NCBI GenBank assembly: GCA_003151615.1
Contig: PLXZ01000001.1
Location: 67,795 to 131,794, forward strand
DNA length: 64,000 nt
Direction: 5' to 3'
Source of the DNA: Candidatus Tayloriibacteriota bacterium
GTDB taxonomy: Bacteria; Patescibacteriota; Minisyncoccia; Phycocordibacterales; PALSA-1337
The position numbers were made by a program, and so were the translations under genes. Position 1 is the stretch's first letter; each line of letters starts with the position of its first letter. The notes under the pieces are model-generated. The model saw only the letters and a list, made by a program, of their open reading frames with translations, was not told the DNA's origin and did not search any database. Shown here in pieces: positions 26,847 to 37,265 of the stretch.

Positions 26847-28403
26847 CCTTTCAGTAGAATTTATAACCATGTTAGATACTATAGGCTTTTCGGTATTTTC
26901 GACTTTTTGAGTTGCCTGTTCGAGCTTCAAAAGTTGGTCGAAAAGTAGGGAGGGATTTGATTTTATTATAAGTCCGTCGGCTACTTCGAAGTGATTCCAA
27001 AAAAAGGCCAAAATCTGTCGCTTTAAAGCAGGAGAAGCTTTTTGGTAGGCATCGTAAATATTCCTCGTGAATTTCAGAATATCCTGCGCCTCACCGATAT
27101 TTACATTTTTCTGCTTTTCAAGCTCTATAAGCCGAGCGTCGATATTTTCAATTTCATGTTCGATCTGCTTTTTGACTTTCGTAAAGTCATCGTCGGATAT
27201 GACTTTTGCAAACAGCTTCTCCAAGACCACCTTTTGCTTCGATTCAAAAGCGGTGCGCTGATTGATGAAGTCCTTTCGCTTGCTATCGTAGGCTTTTTTG
27301 CGTTCATAGAATATGGCCTTGGCGTTATTTATGACTTCTTCAATAAATACAGGGCTGAATTCCAACGTCTTGAACTTGTCGGCCACCATTTCTTCGAGCT
27401 TGGCAACTTCAATGCACTTTCCGCAACCGCTTGGATTAGTACAGTGATAATAGGCCTTCTTTTTGTTCAAATGCCATTCGGCGGTGTATCTGCGGTCATG
27501 TTTGTAGCATCGGACGAAGCCACTTAAAAGCCATGAGTATTTACGCCGCCGACATGCGCTCTTATTTTTTGAAGTCATTATTTTTTGCACCTGATTGAAC
27601 ACCTCCTCGCTGACAAGGGCTTGATGTTTTGCATTTTTAACACATACGTCTTTCCAATTCACTTCGCCAAGATAGAATCTGTTCCTTAATGTGTTGAAAA
27701 GATGACTGTCAGATCGTTTGTTTCCATTTCGAGTACGCAGACCTTTTTCGTAAAGAATATCATTGAGTGCATAGACGTTGTAAGTCCCAGTCGCATATAA
27801 TTCAAACGCCTTTTTCACCAACGGCCCATCATTCGGATCAATGATTATGCTTTTCTGTCCCATGCGCTCTACTGACGCATCAGGATTTAAGATATTTTTA
27901 TATCCGACTGGAGCTTTTGAGGGAAAATAACCCGCTTTCGCTTTTTCTCTCATGGTCATGCTGACTTTTTCGGAAGTGATGTCTCTTTGAAACTGATTTG
28001 TGGAAGCCATGACAGTGCTAATCATTCGCGAAGTAGCGGAGTCGTCCATATTCGGCTGTTGTGTACAATTTAGAAACACCTCGTTTTTACGGAACAAGTC
28101 CATAAGATTGAGATGGTCTAACGTATTGCGGGCAAGTCGGTCGCTGTGGACGGTATAGATTGCGCCAATCTCTTTTGCTAGAACATATTTAATCAATTTC
28201 TGAATTCCCGGTCTTTTGAGATTGCCTCCGCTTCTGCCCTCGTCTTTGATAACTTCTAATATTGTGTATCCGTCTTTTTTAGCGGCTTCGACGCAGACAT
28301 TTTCTTGGGTTTCGATGGAAATTCCAGTAGTGGCTTGATCATCAGTGGAAACACGGCAGTAAACTATTGCTGGCTTAGAATTGTTGTAATTTTGAGTCTT
28401 CAT
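26838..28403 (-). CDS. large serine recombinase / integrase, 521 aa
   Basis: AIVYCRVSTDDQ catalytic motif, ...HSDRLARN, recombinase domain, Cys-rich zinc ribbon (CYKHD...CTNPSGCGKC), C-terminal coiled-coil. Confidence 0.85.
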   Translation of the reverse strand: MKTQNYNNSKPAIVYCRVSTDDQATTGISIETQENVCVEAAKKDGYTILEVIKDEGRSGGNLKRPGIQKLIKYVLAKEIGAIYTVHSDRLARNTLDHLNLMDLFRKNEVFLNCTQQPNMDDSATSRMISTVMASTNQFQRDITSEKVSMTMREKAKAGYFPSKAPVGYKNILNPDASVERMGQKSIIIDPNDGPLVKKAFELYATGTYNVYALNDILYEKGLRTRNGNKRSDSHLFNTLRNRFYLGEVNWKDVCVKNAKHQALVSEEVFNQVQKIMTSKNKSACRRRKYSWLLSGFVRCYKHDRRYTAEWHLNKKKAYYHCTNPSGCGKCIEVAKLEEMVADKFKTLEFSPVFIEEVINNAKAIFYERKKAYDSKRKDFINQRTAFESKQKVVLEKLFAKVISDDDFTKVKKQIEHEIENIDARLIELEKQKNVNIGEAQDILKFTRNIYDAYQKASPALKRQILAFFWNHFEVADGLIIKSNPSLLFDQLLKLEQATQKVENTEKPIVSNMVINSTERCA

Positions 28404-28416
28404 ATTTTTAATTTAG

Positions 28417-28623
28417 TTAATTTTGAGGCAGAAAACCTATGGGCGGTATTTCCTTGACGGTTTTCGTCTGAATATCGGAATCGTCGCCCATCGTTACCCT
28501 GCCTTGTTGGTAATTTTGTAATGCTATGCGGGTAGCCTCGCCTCGGCTTTTGGCTTCGACAACGACATGCCCATATTTAATTTCGGATAATAATACTTCG
28601 AATTTTTTGGTTAATTTTTTCAT
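28417..28623 (-). CDS. small protein 68 aa
   Basis: ORF; overlaps upstream small gene by 4 nt. Confidence 0.35.
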   Translation of the reverse strand: MKKLTKKFEVLLSEIKYGHVVVEAKSRGEATRIALQNYQQGRVTMGDDSDIQTKTVKEIPPIGFLPQN

Positions 28624-28823
28624 CTCATTAAAGAAGTGAAGTTAAACTTTGGAGCAGGTCGACGAAATTGTTTCGCAACCTTTTCCGCAGAGGCTTCCAT
28701 TTCCTGAATGAGTGGCGACGCTAACGCCTTAGCTTCGTCGAATGAGATTTGGCCTGCTTTGAGCAAGGCTTTTATTTCATTGATTTTGGCTATGGGTTTT
28801 TGAGGAGATATTGACATGTTCAT
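28620..28823 (-). CDS. small protein 67 aa
   Basis: ORF; first of an overlapping small-gene pair next to the recombinase. Confidence 0.35.
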   Translation of the reverse strand: MNMSISPQKPIAKINEIKALLKAGQISFDEAKALASPLIQEMEASAEKVAKQFRRPAPKFNFTSLMR

Positions 28824-28898
28824 ATATTCGTTTCATTTAATAATATAAACATAACAGCTTCACATCAACCGCAGTTATACACCCCCGACGCAACTTTT

Positions 28899-30146
28899 CT
28901 ATTTGAGAGAGTAGAAGTGCTTGTTGCTTTGTGCTTTCCTTACTTTTATATTCCCCTCTGGCTGTGTCGCTTTTTTGATGGCCGTATTTATTTGATTCTT
29001 GCTATATTCCTCAGAAAGCATGTCGGCCAAATCCTGCTTACCCAATTCACCTTTTTCTTTGAGAAGAGCAGTAATGGCAATTATTGCTTCATCGACGGCA
29101 ACCTTGTCGGGATCATACGCGCCCGCGTACTGGAATTTCATAGTCTTGTCGGCTTCGTTTACTTGAATGTTTACCTCGAACGGATCCTGCGCTTGGTCTT
29201 GCCGTAGTTTTGCCTGTTCTATAGCCAAGGATTTTCCGTCTTCGGTTTTTTCTACTATGAGCAGTGCGTCAACTCCCGCGACAATATCAGACGAACCTCT
29301 GAGGCTGTTGCCGGACTTCTTTCGCCCCGCAGGCTCTTTCCGGTAGTGGTGGATAAAGATTACATTCGCGCCGATGCTCGTAATTTGCTTGAACTTATTC
29401 ATAACAGCAGAAATGCTTTTAGCCTCATTTTCGTCGCCTTTGTGAATACGGACGAGAGAATCGAAGACTACGAGCTTTATATTTTTTTCCGTAATCATTT
29501 TTTTCAATGTCGCAAGGCTTTTATCTTCCTCAATGAAAAAGTCCTGCGCGTCCTGCTCAAGGTAGCAAATCGAGTGGTCTGAATTGATACCGAGCTGGCG
29601 GAATCTTTTTTGTAAGTGTCTGAAATTATTTTCCTTGTCAACAAACAGCACCGCACCTTTCGTAACTTTGAATTTTCCGAGAAAATCTTCACCTGATGCC
29701 ACGCACCGAGCTATGTCGAGCGTAAGCCAGGTTTTGAAGCTTCCAGGCGCTCCGCCGATTGCTGTTATTGACTGTTCAGGAATGAGACCTTCCACCGCCC
29801 ACACTTCCGGCCCGAAATCTTTAGCGAGAATTTCACCAACATCGACAATCTTGAAATCTACTGCAGGGATTTCCTGAAAGTTTCGTGTCTCTTTGACTGC
29901 CTTGTTGTCCGTTTCTTTACTTTCAATTTCTGGCTTATCAAGAGCGTCAAGCCATTCACCTTTTTCCCAAAACTTATGGCATTCACCACATTCCCCACGG
30001 CCTGTTTTGATGTCGATGTTGAAAGTACCCATTGGACGGCTTTGATTGTCCACCCTCCAACAAAATGGACACTGTATAGTTCTAACGTTTCCGTTCGGGG
30101 TATACAGCACACCCCTTTGTTTTAATTCTTGATCGATATCATTCAT
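28899..30146 (-). CDS. replication protein: N-terminal zinc-finger (primase-type CxxC...CxxC) + AAA_25/RepA/DnaB-like RecA-fold helicase domain
   Basis: CPFCWRVDNQ...CGECHKF; Walker A GGAPGSFKTWLTLDIA; Walker B LVVFDSL. Confidence 0.7.
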   Translation of the reverse strand: MNDIDQELKQRGVLYTPNGNVRTIQCPFCWRVDNQSRPMGTFNIDIKTGRGECGECHKFWEKGEWLDALDKPEIESKETDNKAVKETRNFQEIPAVDFKIVDVGEILAKDFGPEVWAVEGLIPEQSITAIGGAPGSFKTWLTLDIARCVASGEDFLGKFKVTKGAVLFVDKENNFRHLQKRFRQLGINSDHSICYLEQDAQDFFIEEDKSLATLKKMITEKNIKLVVFDSLVRIHKGDENEAKSISAVMNKFKQITSIGANVIFIHHYRKEPAGRKKSGNSLRGSSDIVAGVDALLIVEKTEDGKSLAIEQAKLRQDQAQDPFEVNIQVNEADKTMKFQYAGAYDPDKVAVDEAIIAITALLKEKGELGKQDLADMLSEEYSKNQINTAIKKATQPEGNIKVRKAQSNKHFYSLK

Positions 30147-30324
30147 AATTTTTCGTTAATTTGGTAATATGATTTCAGTTTCATGATTACTGGAAAGTAA
30201 AGCCTGCTCGTCTAGAAGAGCGACCACGATTTCAGCAAAAACTCTCGCCGCCTGATCAGTGTCGGAAGAAATTTTTTTGTCTAAATTGTTGCTCTCCGTA
30301 ATCATGGGGAGCAGGATAGCGCAA

Positions 30325-30349
30325 ACAAAAAAAGCCCGAAATTGGGCTT
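30325..30349 (-). terminator. intrinsic terminator AGCCC-gaaatt-GGGCT followed (on - strand) by TTTTTTTG
   Basis: read directly; downstream of stop of 30416..31165. Confidence 0.6.
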
Positions 30350-30415
30350 AGTAGGTGTCGATGTTTTTGTGCCTATAGAATTGAATTTTTCAGTCTTGAA
30401 AAGTCCTACTAGACC

Positions 30416-31165
30416 CTATTCATCTACCTTTCTTATTTCAAGAAGATACTTATTTTTACTAAAATTTTTTATAGTCATCGGTAGACCAGCTTCTTTAAGT
30501 TTTTTGCGTAATTTTTTCAATGCAGATCTAAAAGAATCCTCGTCATTGTACGGCACAGCCCTCTCAAGTTCTATCCGTTCAACGGGCGTACCTTTTTTCT
30601 GAACCTTTTCATTTGGGAGAATAATTGTCGGATTCTCAAAAAATATATTCATCATGACGCCATGCCCTCTCTCTACAGGAAGTTCAGTATCGCCCCAAAT
30701 GATTTTGTCGCCTACAAAAGTAGGTAAGCCGCGAATTCGATGAAATTGTTTGACGAACAGATTTAATTTTTTGGGTGAATCTATTAGCTCTTGTAATTTT
30801 TTCTCATCGGTCGCGAGAATATCGGATCTTTTAAAATCAACAAACTTAGCATCTTCCGTTGCGATGGCATTCGTCAATTGCTTTATAATTTCGCTATCTC
30901 CAATCACAAACCCACCAGTTCGATCTTCGATCATTTCTTTTGTGGGAAAAATGTCGTAGTCTTCATTATTCGGATTCCAAGGAATAGTATGATAGTCAAA
31001 AAATTTCGCCTTACGGAAAAGGTCGAGTATTTCAATAATTTCTATCTTGGTTATGCCCAGCTCTTTTTGTAGAGATTCAAAACTCCAAATAGGACCTATC
31101 TTCTGTGCTTTGATTGCAAAGTAGGCTACTTTTTTGATATTCTCTTTTATTTTCTCTGATGACAT
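30416..31165 (-). CDS. DNA-binding protein with C-terminal OmpR/PhoB-type winged-helix domain, about 249 aa
   Basis: C-terminal ...SFRSALKKLRKKLKEAGLPMTIKNFSKNKYLLEI resembles trans_reg_C wing; start taken at MSSEK (31165). Confidence 0.45.
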   Translation of the reverse strand: MSSEKIKENIKKVAYFAIKAQKIGPIWSFESLQKELGITKIEIIEILDLFRKAKFFDYHTIPWNPNNEDYDIFPTKEMIEDRTGGFVIGDSEIIKQLTNAIATEDAKFVDFKRSDILATDEKKLQELIDSPKKLNLFVKQFHRIRGLPTFVGDKIIWGDTELPVERGHGVMMNIFFENPTIILPNEKVQKKGTPVERIELERAVPYNDEDSFRSALKKLRKKLKEAGLPMTIKNFSKNKYLLEIRKVDE

Positions 31166-31576
31166 AATTTTTAGTTTTAGTTTTTTCCTTACCATAAGTA
31201 AGGAAAAAACTAGAAACTGCTAAATATAGGTTTAGAGCCGTATCCTTGATATCACTGCACATGCGGTTCTTTCGCGTAGAACCACGACCTAACACATACA
31301 AACCTATTTCCGTATTGAACAGTATTACTCTATCAGAAAAACGTCTGCTCGGCTTGTTCTGCCGATTGATGATTGCAAATACCTGTATCTATTGTACGAT
31401 TAAGCCACAATTGAATATATAAGTAGCCTAAACCATTTGAGCAATCAGTGGCATGGCGAAAATCCAGTCAAGGACAAAAACCCCATCGTGTGGGATTGCC
31501 TTGACTGGTCGTATCGGGAAACTGGTACGGGGAGCGCAAGCTCTCGCCCCGCGGTGGGATTTTTGTGTGCATTTTT

Positions 31577-32224
31577 ATGAAAACTATACTAGCTGATATA
31601 AAAAGTTTTTCAAAAAAGCCTGACTATGCAAAAGTCGGTAACAATATTCTGTATTCCATGTGTGAGAAATATCCAAGGCATGATAACGATTCTGAAATCT
31701 ATGCGAAATTTTGGCTTATTGGTAGAGCCTACGCTGTACAACTCGAAAGAAACAAAAGAAAAGTAAAAATTAAGGGCGATTTTTACAAACAAGTCGCAAA
31801 AACAGTTAAAAATAGATTCGACCAATTTTTGCTTCCTCTTAAAGGTAGAAATCTGACTACGAATGAAGACGTTCGTATCATTCTACAAATCCATAGGGCT
31901 GTAATGAAATTTATACGTAAAGAAATTACCGAGGATGACAAGAGGTCATTCGTATCAAAATATCTACATTTTCATTTTCGTGATCTATTTTTTATATACG
32001 ATTCAAAAGCTAGCAGTGTTATAAACAGTATAATTTCTCAATGTGGTTACGACGAAGAAAAAAGAGACTACAAAAAAATTATTAACGACACCGAATATGA
32101 CAAACCCTACGCTGATTTTTTTATAAAGTGTTTTTTCCTAAAAAAATATCTTGAAAAAAATGGTTGCAATTTTTCTTTGAGAGAGATTGATAGCTATCTG
32201 CTTGAGCGTGCGAACGCGGAGTAG
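31577..32224 (+). CDS. hypothetical Lys-rich protein 215 aa
   Basis: ORF divergent from regulator gene. Confidence 0.45.
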   Translation: MKTILADIKSFSKKPDYAKVGNNILYSMCEKYPRHDNDSEIYAKFWLIGRAYAVQLERNKRKVKIKGDFYKQVAKTVKNRFDQFLLPLKGRNLTTNEDVRIILQIHRAVMKFIRKEITEDDKRSFVSKYLHFHFRDLFFIYDSKASSVINSIISQCGYDEEKRDYKKIINDTEYDKPYADFFIKCFFLKKYLEKNGCNFSLREIDSYLLERANAE

Positions 32225-32307
32225 CTATTCACACGAAGGTTTATTTTTTGAAGCGCAGTATTTAATATAAGGATAACGTCGGTTGAAATTTAATAATAAA
32301 AAATCAA

Positions 32308-32901
32308 ATGAAAAAATATTTTATCGCAATTACCGCTTTAGTTTTTGTCCTTTTGGTTGCTTTCGTTGTATGGTTAAATCCATTTTCATGGAATTGGAAT
32401 GCCTTATCTAATGCTCATACATCAACACTAGCGCAACAAGACAATATTTGGCAAGCCTACACTTCGACAGCAGATCATTTCAGTATTTTGTTTCCCGGTT
32501 ATCCTATTACCAGTTCGAAAACTTCTACGACAATTGGTCTAGGGCCGTGTACGATTGACACTACGTATGTTGTTGAACAAAATCAAAATGCTTTTCTTGT
32601 CCAAGATTATATTTTTAAAAATTCTATAAAGTCTTATAACCCTCAAACATTTCTTGAGTATATCTTAGATAACGAGGATACGGGACAGAATTTGCAACTC
32701 GTGTCATCAAGCTCTAGTACTTATAATTCCTATCCAACATTGGATTACATAACTAGAGGACCTGGGGGCGTGTTCTTTAAGGGACGCATGCTTTTAATAG
32801 GTCAAATAGTATACGACTTGTCCTATGAATATCAGGTGAACATTACGCCTCGTGTCGATGCGGATTATCAGAAATTTATTTCTTCGTTCCAAGTTCAATA
32901 A
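32308..32901 (+). CDS. secreted paralog-family protein 197 aa
   Basis: N-terminal TM; FPGYPITSS...IGQIVYDLSYEY domain shared with 9454..10140 and 32908..34272. Confidence 0.5.
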   Translation: MKKYFIAITALVFVLLVAFVVWLNPFSWNWNALSNAHTSTLAQQDNIWQAYTSTADHFSILFPGYPITSSKTSTTIGLGPCTIDTTYVVEQNQNAFLVQDYIFKNSIKSYNPQTFLEYILDNEDTGQNLQLVSSSSSTYNSYPTLDYITRGPGGVFFKGRMLLIGQIVYDLSYEYQVNITPRVDADYQKFISSFQVQ

Positions 32902-32907
32902 AATAAT

Positions 32908-34272
32908 ATGTATAAAAAATTAAAATCTAATATGGTGTTAAAGGTCATTTTAGGGGCATTGTTTATCATTGCATTAGTTTTTATATTTAAATTTTCCGCC
33001 AGAAATAATGACAATAGCGACAATAACACAGAAATCAGCGGACAAAGTTATAACTTGGCACAAGGTGGTTTCTCCCTATTTTTTCCAAGCCAACCAACGT
33101 TTTCTACTTCAACCCAAGATTTTTTTGGAAGTGGAAACATGGCATTGGATGATACTTATGACTTTAGTAGCACGGATGGAAGTATCTATTTGGCGGCTAC
33201 CTACGCAAATTCGGTATTTGCGGGTCTAACATCTTCTCCTGAAGAAAATCTGAAAAGTGAGTTATCCCATACATCGCTTGGTTATAATTTAATTTCTTCA
33301 AACATTACAGAGTACGATGGTTTACCGGCAATAGATTATTTGATGTATGGTACGACTACCAACATGTATGTATCTGGGAGGGACATTGCGAAAGGTGGTG
33401 ATATATACATGATTGAATATAGTTATCCACCTGGAAAAGAAAACAAACAGCTTGAGCAAAATTTCTTTGGCTCATTAACCTTTTCAGCTGTTGCACAAGA
33501 TTCCTCCGATAAGAGTACTGTACAACCTCAGTCAGAAACACAGCCTACTCAGACTGTACCACCTGCGAAATTAACTAGTCCGTCTGTCAGTCTTTCGCCT
33601 TCTCTCATTAACCAAATAGAGCCGACAATTGTTGAAATAAACTGTTGGTCAGGCGAGAACGCGACCACAGTAGGAACAGCGGGATCAGGTGAAGCTCTTA
33701 TGGCAAAAGGGTCTATCGTATTCCTTAGTAATTATCACGTCTACGCCGAGGCGTACACAGGAACACAACCACCTAATTGCTACGCTACTTTCCCCGAACC
33801 TCCTAATTTTTCAGACAATCCTTACTATGGAGATTATCAGATAAGTTTGTTGGCTTATAAATATAATCCTGACACATATCAAGATGAAGCTCTTTTTGTT
33901 CTCGGGGCACCACTTACTTCAACTAGTACATTGGATCAAATTCCCACACTAACAAGTCTACCCCTCTCAGGGCTAACATCTGATTGTTCTAATGTAGAAG
34001 TCGGCGATAAATTAACTATTTTTGGCTATCCAGCATCAGGTAACGCACTAGGGATTTCAGAAACTGTAACACAAGGAATAGTGAGCGGCATCGTACCTGG
34101 GCCAATCTATAAAACAGATGCTCCGATTGACCACGGCAATTCTGGCGGTATTGCCATAAGAGATTCTGATTCTTGTATCCTCGGTATACCGACATTAGGC
34201 GTATCGGGTCTTACGGCGGGTATAGGATATATACAGTCGACATATCTTCTTGGTGAACCGACGACTGATTAA
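32908..34272 (+). CDS. secreted protein: paralog-family N-domain + C-terminal trypsin-like (S1/chymotrypsin-fold) serine protease domain
   Basis: N-terminal TM; FFPSQPTFS...YMIEYSYP domain; C-terminal His (SNYHVY), Asp, and DHGNSGGIAIRD catalytic Ser motif. Confidence 0.6.
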   Translation: MYKKLKSNMVLKVILGALFIIALVFIFKFSARNNDNSDNNTEISGQSYNLAQGGFSLFFPSQPTFSTSTQDFFGSGNMALDDTYDFSSTDGSIYLAATYANSVFAGLTSSPEENLKSELSHTSLGYNLISSNITEYDGLPAIDYLMYGTTTNMYVSGRDIAKGGDIYMIEYSYPPGKENKQLEQNFFGSLTFSAVAQDSSDKSTVQPQSETQPTQTVPPAKLTSPSVSLSPSLINQIEPTIVEINCWSGENATTVGTAGSGEALMAKGSIVFLSNYHVYAEAYTGTQPPNCYATFPEPPNFSDNPYYGDYQISLLAYKYNPDTYQDEALFVLGAPLTSTSTLDQIPTLTSLPLSGLTSDCSNVEVGDKLTIFGYPASGNALGISETVTQGIVSGIVPGPIYKTDAPIDHGNSGGIAIRDSDSCILGIPTLGVSGLTAGIGYIQSTYLLGEPTTD

Positions 34273-34498
34273 ATTAATTATCAATAAATAACAAAAAAAT
34301 GAAAATAGCACTTGGATATATTTTTGTTTCAGTTGGTTTATTTTTCTGGATTCTATCAGTCCCTAATAACTACAACTCTTGGGTAGAGGCAATATCGTTT
34401 GCAGTCTTCATTGTGGGGTTAGGATTGTTGATTGACGGAAAGATTGAAGCTAATAATAAGGCTAAGGGTAATTAAATATATTATTTCCATAAAAAAAT

Positions 34499-35056
34499 AT
34501 GAAAAAATACGCATGGATTTGGATAGTGATTATAATAATATTTTTGATGATAGTTGCCTTTTCAATTGGACAAAATTCAAATAATTTAACTCAGCCCGTA
34601 GCAACAGCGAGCGATAATTCGTCCCAATCGCAAGTTACGAAACAGTCAATAACACCGCCAACTACAGATAATACGACAAAAAACATGAACCCTGTCTCAG
34701 ACGCTCAAAATAATTGTACTTTACAAAATTGGGAATCAATAGTCGAAGTAAACAATCCAAACACAGTCGAGGCTAATTCGCAGTTTTCCATACATTACAA
34801 TAGTACCTTAGGAAAATGTTTTGTGGAGATAACATCTGTAGATCCAGCTACCAGTAATAATGATTATGTTTCGTCTACATATGATGCCATTGCTGACACA
34901 TCAGGGGTAAATACACCAGAAATCTTGTTTCGAGACACATGGGATTCCTTATCGTCTGGTCAAGGTGGTTACGCCGCAACTAAAAGTCCTGCGGGTGTAG
35001 TACCGATATCAAATGATGAGTTTGGGACACTTCGACAAGAATACATGGAGAATTAG
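34499..35056 (+). CDS. secreted hypothetical protein 185 aa
   Basis: N-terminal TM MKKYAWIWIVIIIIFLMIVAF; Thr/Asn-rich. Confidence 0.45.
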   Translation: MKKYAWIWIVIIIIFLMIVAFSIGQNSNNLTQPVATASDNSSQSQVTKQSITPPTTDNTTKNMNPVSDAQNNCTLQNWESIVEVNNPNTVEANSQFSIHYNSTLGKCFVEITSVDPATSNNDYVSSTYDAIADTSGVNTPEILFRDTWDSLSSGQGGYAATKSPAGVVPISNDEFGTLRQEYMEN

Positions 35057-35453
35057 ATAATATAAAAATATTAATTCGGTAGACATCTCTATGTCCCATA
35101 TGCCAACAACCTCCCAGTTACGGGAGGTTGCGAGCGTTCATCAGATCAGCACACCTAATAATTAACCACATATGAAAAACGTAATAATCAGACATACCGC
35201 ATGCGGGGGCCGAAACCCGCACCGCTATTCTAGTCCCATGCATATTTTTATGCAAGTCTACCCTTATAAATCCACATGTTCGACTGTGTTACTTCGCGTT
35301 AAACAGTCGTAAATCATAAAACAGGTAACGGTACAACCTCACGCTGTAGCGACTAAGAGCGCATGTGTTTTACGCGAATAACGCGATAGCAGAGGTTGAT
35401 TGTCAAACAGGTTCCGCATACAATGAGCATATTATTAGCCATTATTAACGATT

Positions 35454-35975
35454 ATGCGCATGTCTCAACACACAAAAACTGTTAACAGCACACACCCACG
35501 CATTGATATCCGCAACTATGTTACGAATTTCTTACAGTGCATCAGGGAAAAAGAGGGGCGAACATTCAGAACCAACCACGACGGCGAAGTCGCCTATATG
35601 AAACAGCTACTCAATGATCCGAAGTATACGGCATTCAAATCAATGGACGATTTTCGAACAGGCATTCCGTTTTGGCATAAACAGGAAGTAGACTGTGTAC
35701 CCTCAAATCTCGGAGGCGGTCGCGGATCCATTTTTTACTTTATCTGCAACTGCTGTAATAGACGAATGAAATATCTCTATAGGTACAGCGAGCTTGAATC
35801 GCCCCTCTGCCGTGTATGTTGCAGATTGAAGTACGAAGCACCGACGAGAAAGGCAAGGATGTTTTCAAAACTGCTACGGAAAACGTATCTTTCATCAGAG
35901 GACAAGTATTTAATCATACAGCGAGCAGGTATCACGCTAGATGACTTAAACTACCAAGCAAACACCGCGTTCTAA
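35454..35975 (+). CDS. hypothetical protein 173 aa with Cys cluster (FICNCCNRR...CRVCCR)
   Basis: ORF. Confidence 0.4.
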   Translation: MRMSQHTKTVNSTHPRIDIRNYVTNFLQCIREKEGRTFRTNHDGEVAYMKQLLNDPKYTAFKSMDDFRTGIPFWHKQEVDCVPSNLGGGRGSIFYFICNCCNRRMKYLYRYSELESPLCRVCCRLKYEAPTRKARMFSKLLRKTYLSSEDKYLIIQRAGITLDDLNYQANTAF

Positions 35976-36848
35976 GCGCGAGAGCCATCCGCCCTTGCGT
36001 TCTTTTTCGTAAACCAATGAAATGTATACTTACTCGGCTTCTGTCGCTATCTGCCGCGTTCCGTTTTTTTTCAGTTTCTAGTTTCTTGGGCTATATAGTG
36101 GACAAAAAACTAAAAACTACACCATATGGAAAAAATTTCCAACAAAAAACACCCTGGCAAAAGAGTGTTTTTATTTTTACTGCGCTATACTATCCGATCG
36201 ACACCAAGAGCCAATTGATGCTCTTGTGGCAGTGAGGACACGGCGGAAAAGTTTTCCCCGCGGTCATGTGAATGACTCGGTGATGACCGCATTGTCCCTG
36301 AGACTGATAGTTACCCGTTGTCGAGCACTTCTGGCCTGTATGGTTCACTGTTTTTTAAATTCACTTTTATAACCGAGCTGATGCACCTGTGGATACCGTA
36401 GTCATTGTCCCCGACGGCCGTCTAGGGTACAATTGAAATGTTCGAGTTTCAAGACATCTGAGTGTGTCTAGCTAGGTACCTCTGCCACACAGGGGTATTT
36501 TGCTTTTTGGAATTTCCAGTGAATTTGATTAGAGTGGGACTTTTCTATCGGTTTTACCCGCGCAACTACTACCACTTTCATAGAAGGACTACTGTACAGC
36601 TAGTCCTAGGAATACTATCATATTTGGTAGACATTGAGAAGTAAAATTGCGTCATTTTGAATACAAAGATATAAAAAATAGCGTATGTAAATCCATAGGT
36701 GAAAAGTAGGCTCTTACAGAGCCATAAAAATGGCATTAAAATTAAATTTTAATGAGTAAATTAAACATTAAATATAGGAAAATCAAACTAAGCTATAATT
36801 TACACGGAAGCATGTTGACAAGAAGTAATGGCTTGATATGATAGCCGT

Positions 36849-37235
36849 ATGGATAAATACAAGTTCGTAGAATTCAAATCTACAGGTAGTCGTTTCAACC
36901 TAGTTATCACTCTTGGAAAAGCCGAGAGGTTTTATCTTGGCAGTTCCTTTTGTACCAAGTACGATATTTTTTCAATGGTCGGGGTCAAACTTTTTTACGA
37001 CAAGACTAATAACGCCGTCGGTTTTCGATTTGTAAAAGAAGCCGAGGAGGGCATGGTCGGTATTAAGAGCTTGGATGATAAATCGGCGTACATAAACGCA
37101 AAGGCATTTTTGGGCATCAACGATATTGATCCGCAAAAATATATCGGAAGATACCATCCTGTAGAAGTTACAGACGACGGTGGCAGAAAAGTTTTTGTTG
37201 TCGAGCTTAAGGAAGCTGATAAAAAAACCGTTTAA
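36849..37235 (+). CDS. hypothetical protein 128 aa
   Basis: ORF after 600-nt non-coding stretch. Confidence 0.4.
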   Translation: MDKYKFVEFKSTGSRFNLVITLGKAERFYLGSSFCTKYDIFSMVGVKLFYDKTNNAVGFRFVKEAEEGMVGIKSLDDKSAYINAKAFLGINDIDPQKYIGRYHPVEVTDDGGRKVFVVELKEADKKTV

Positions 37236-37265
37236 CAAAAATCTCTTCCCCCTCCCTCCCGTATT

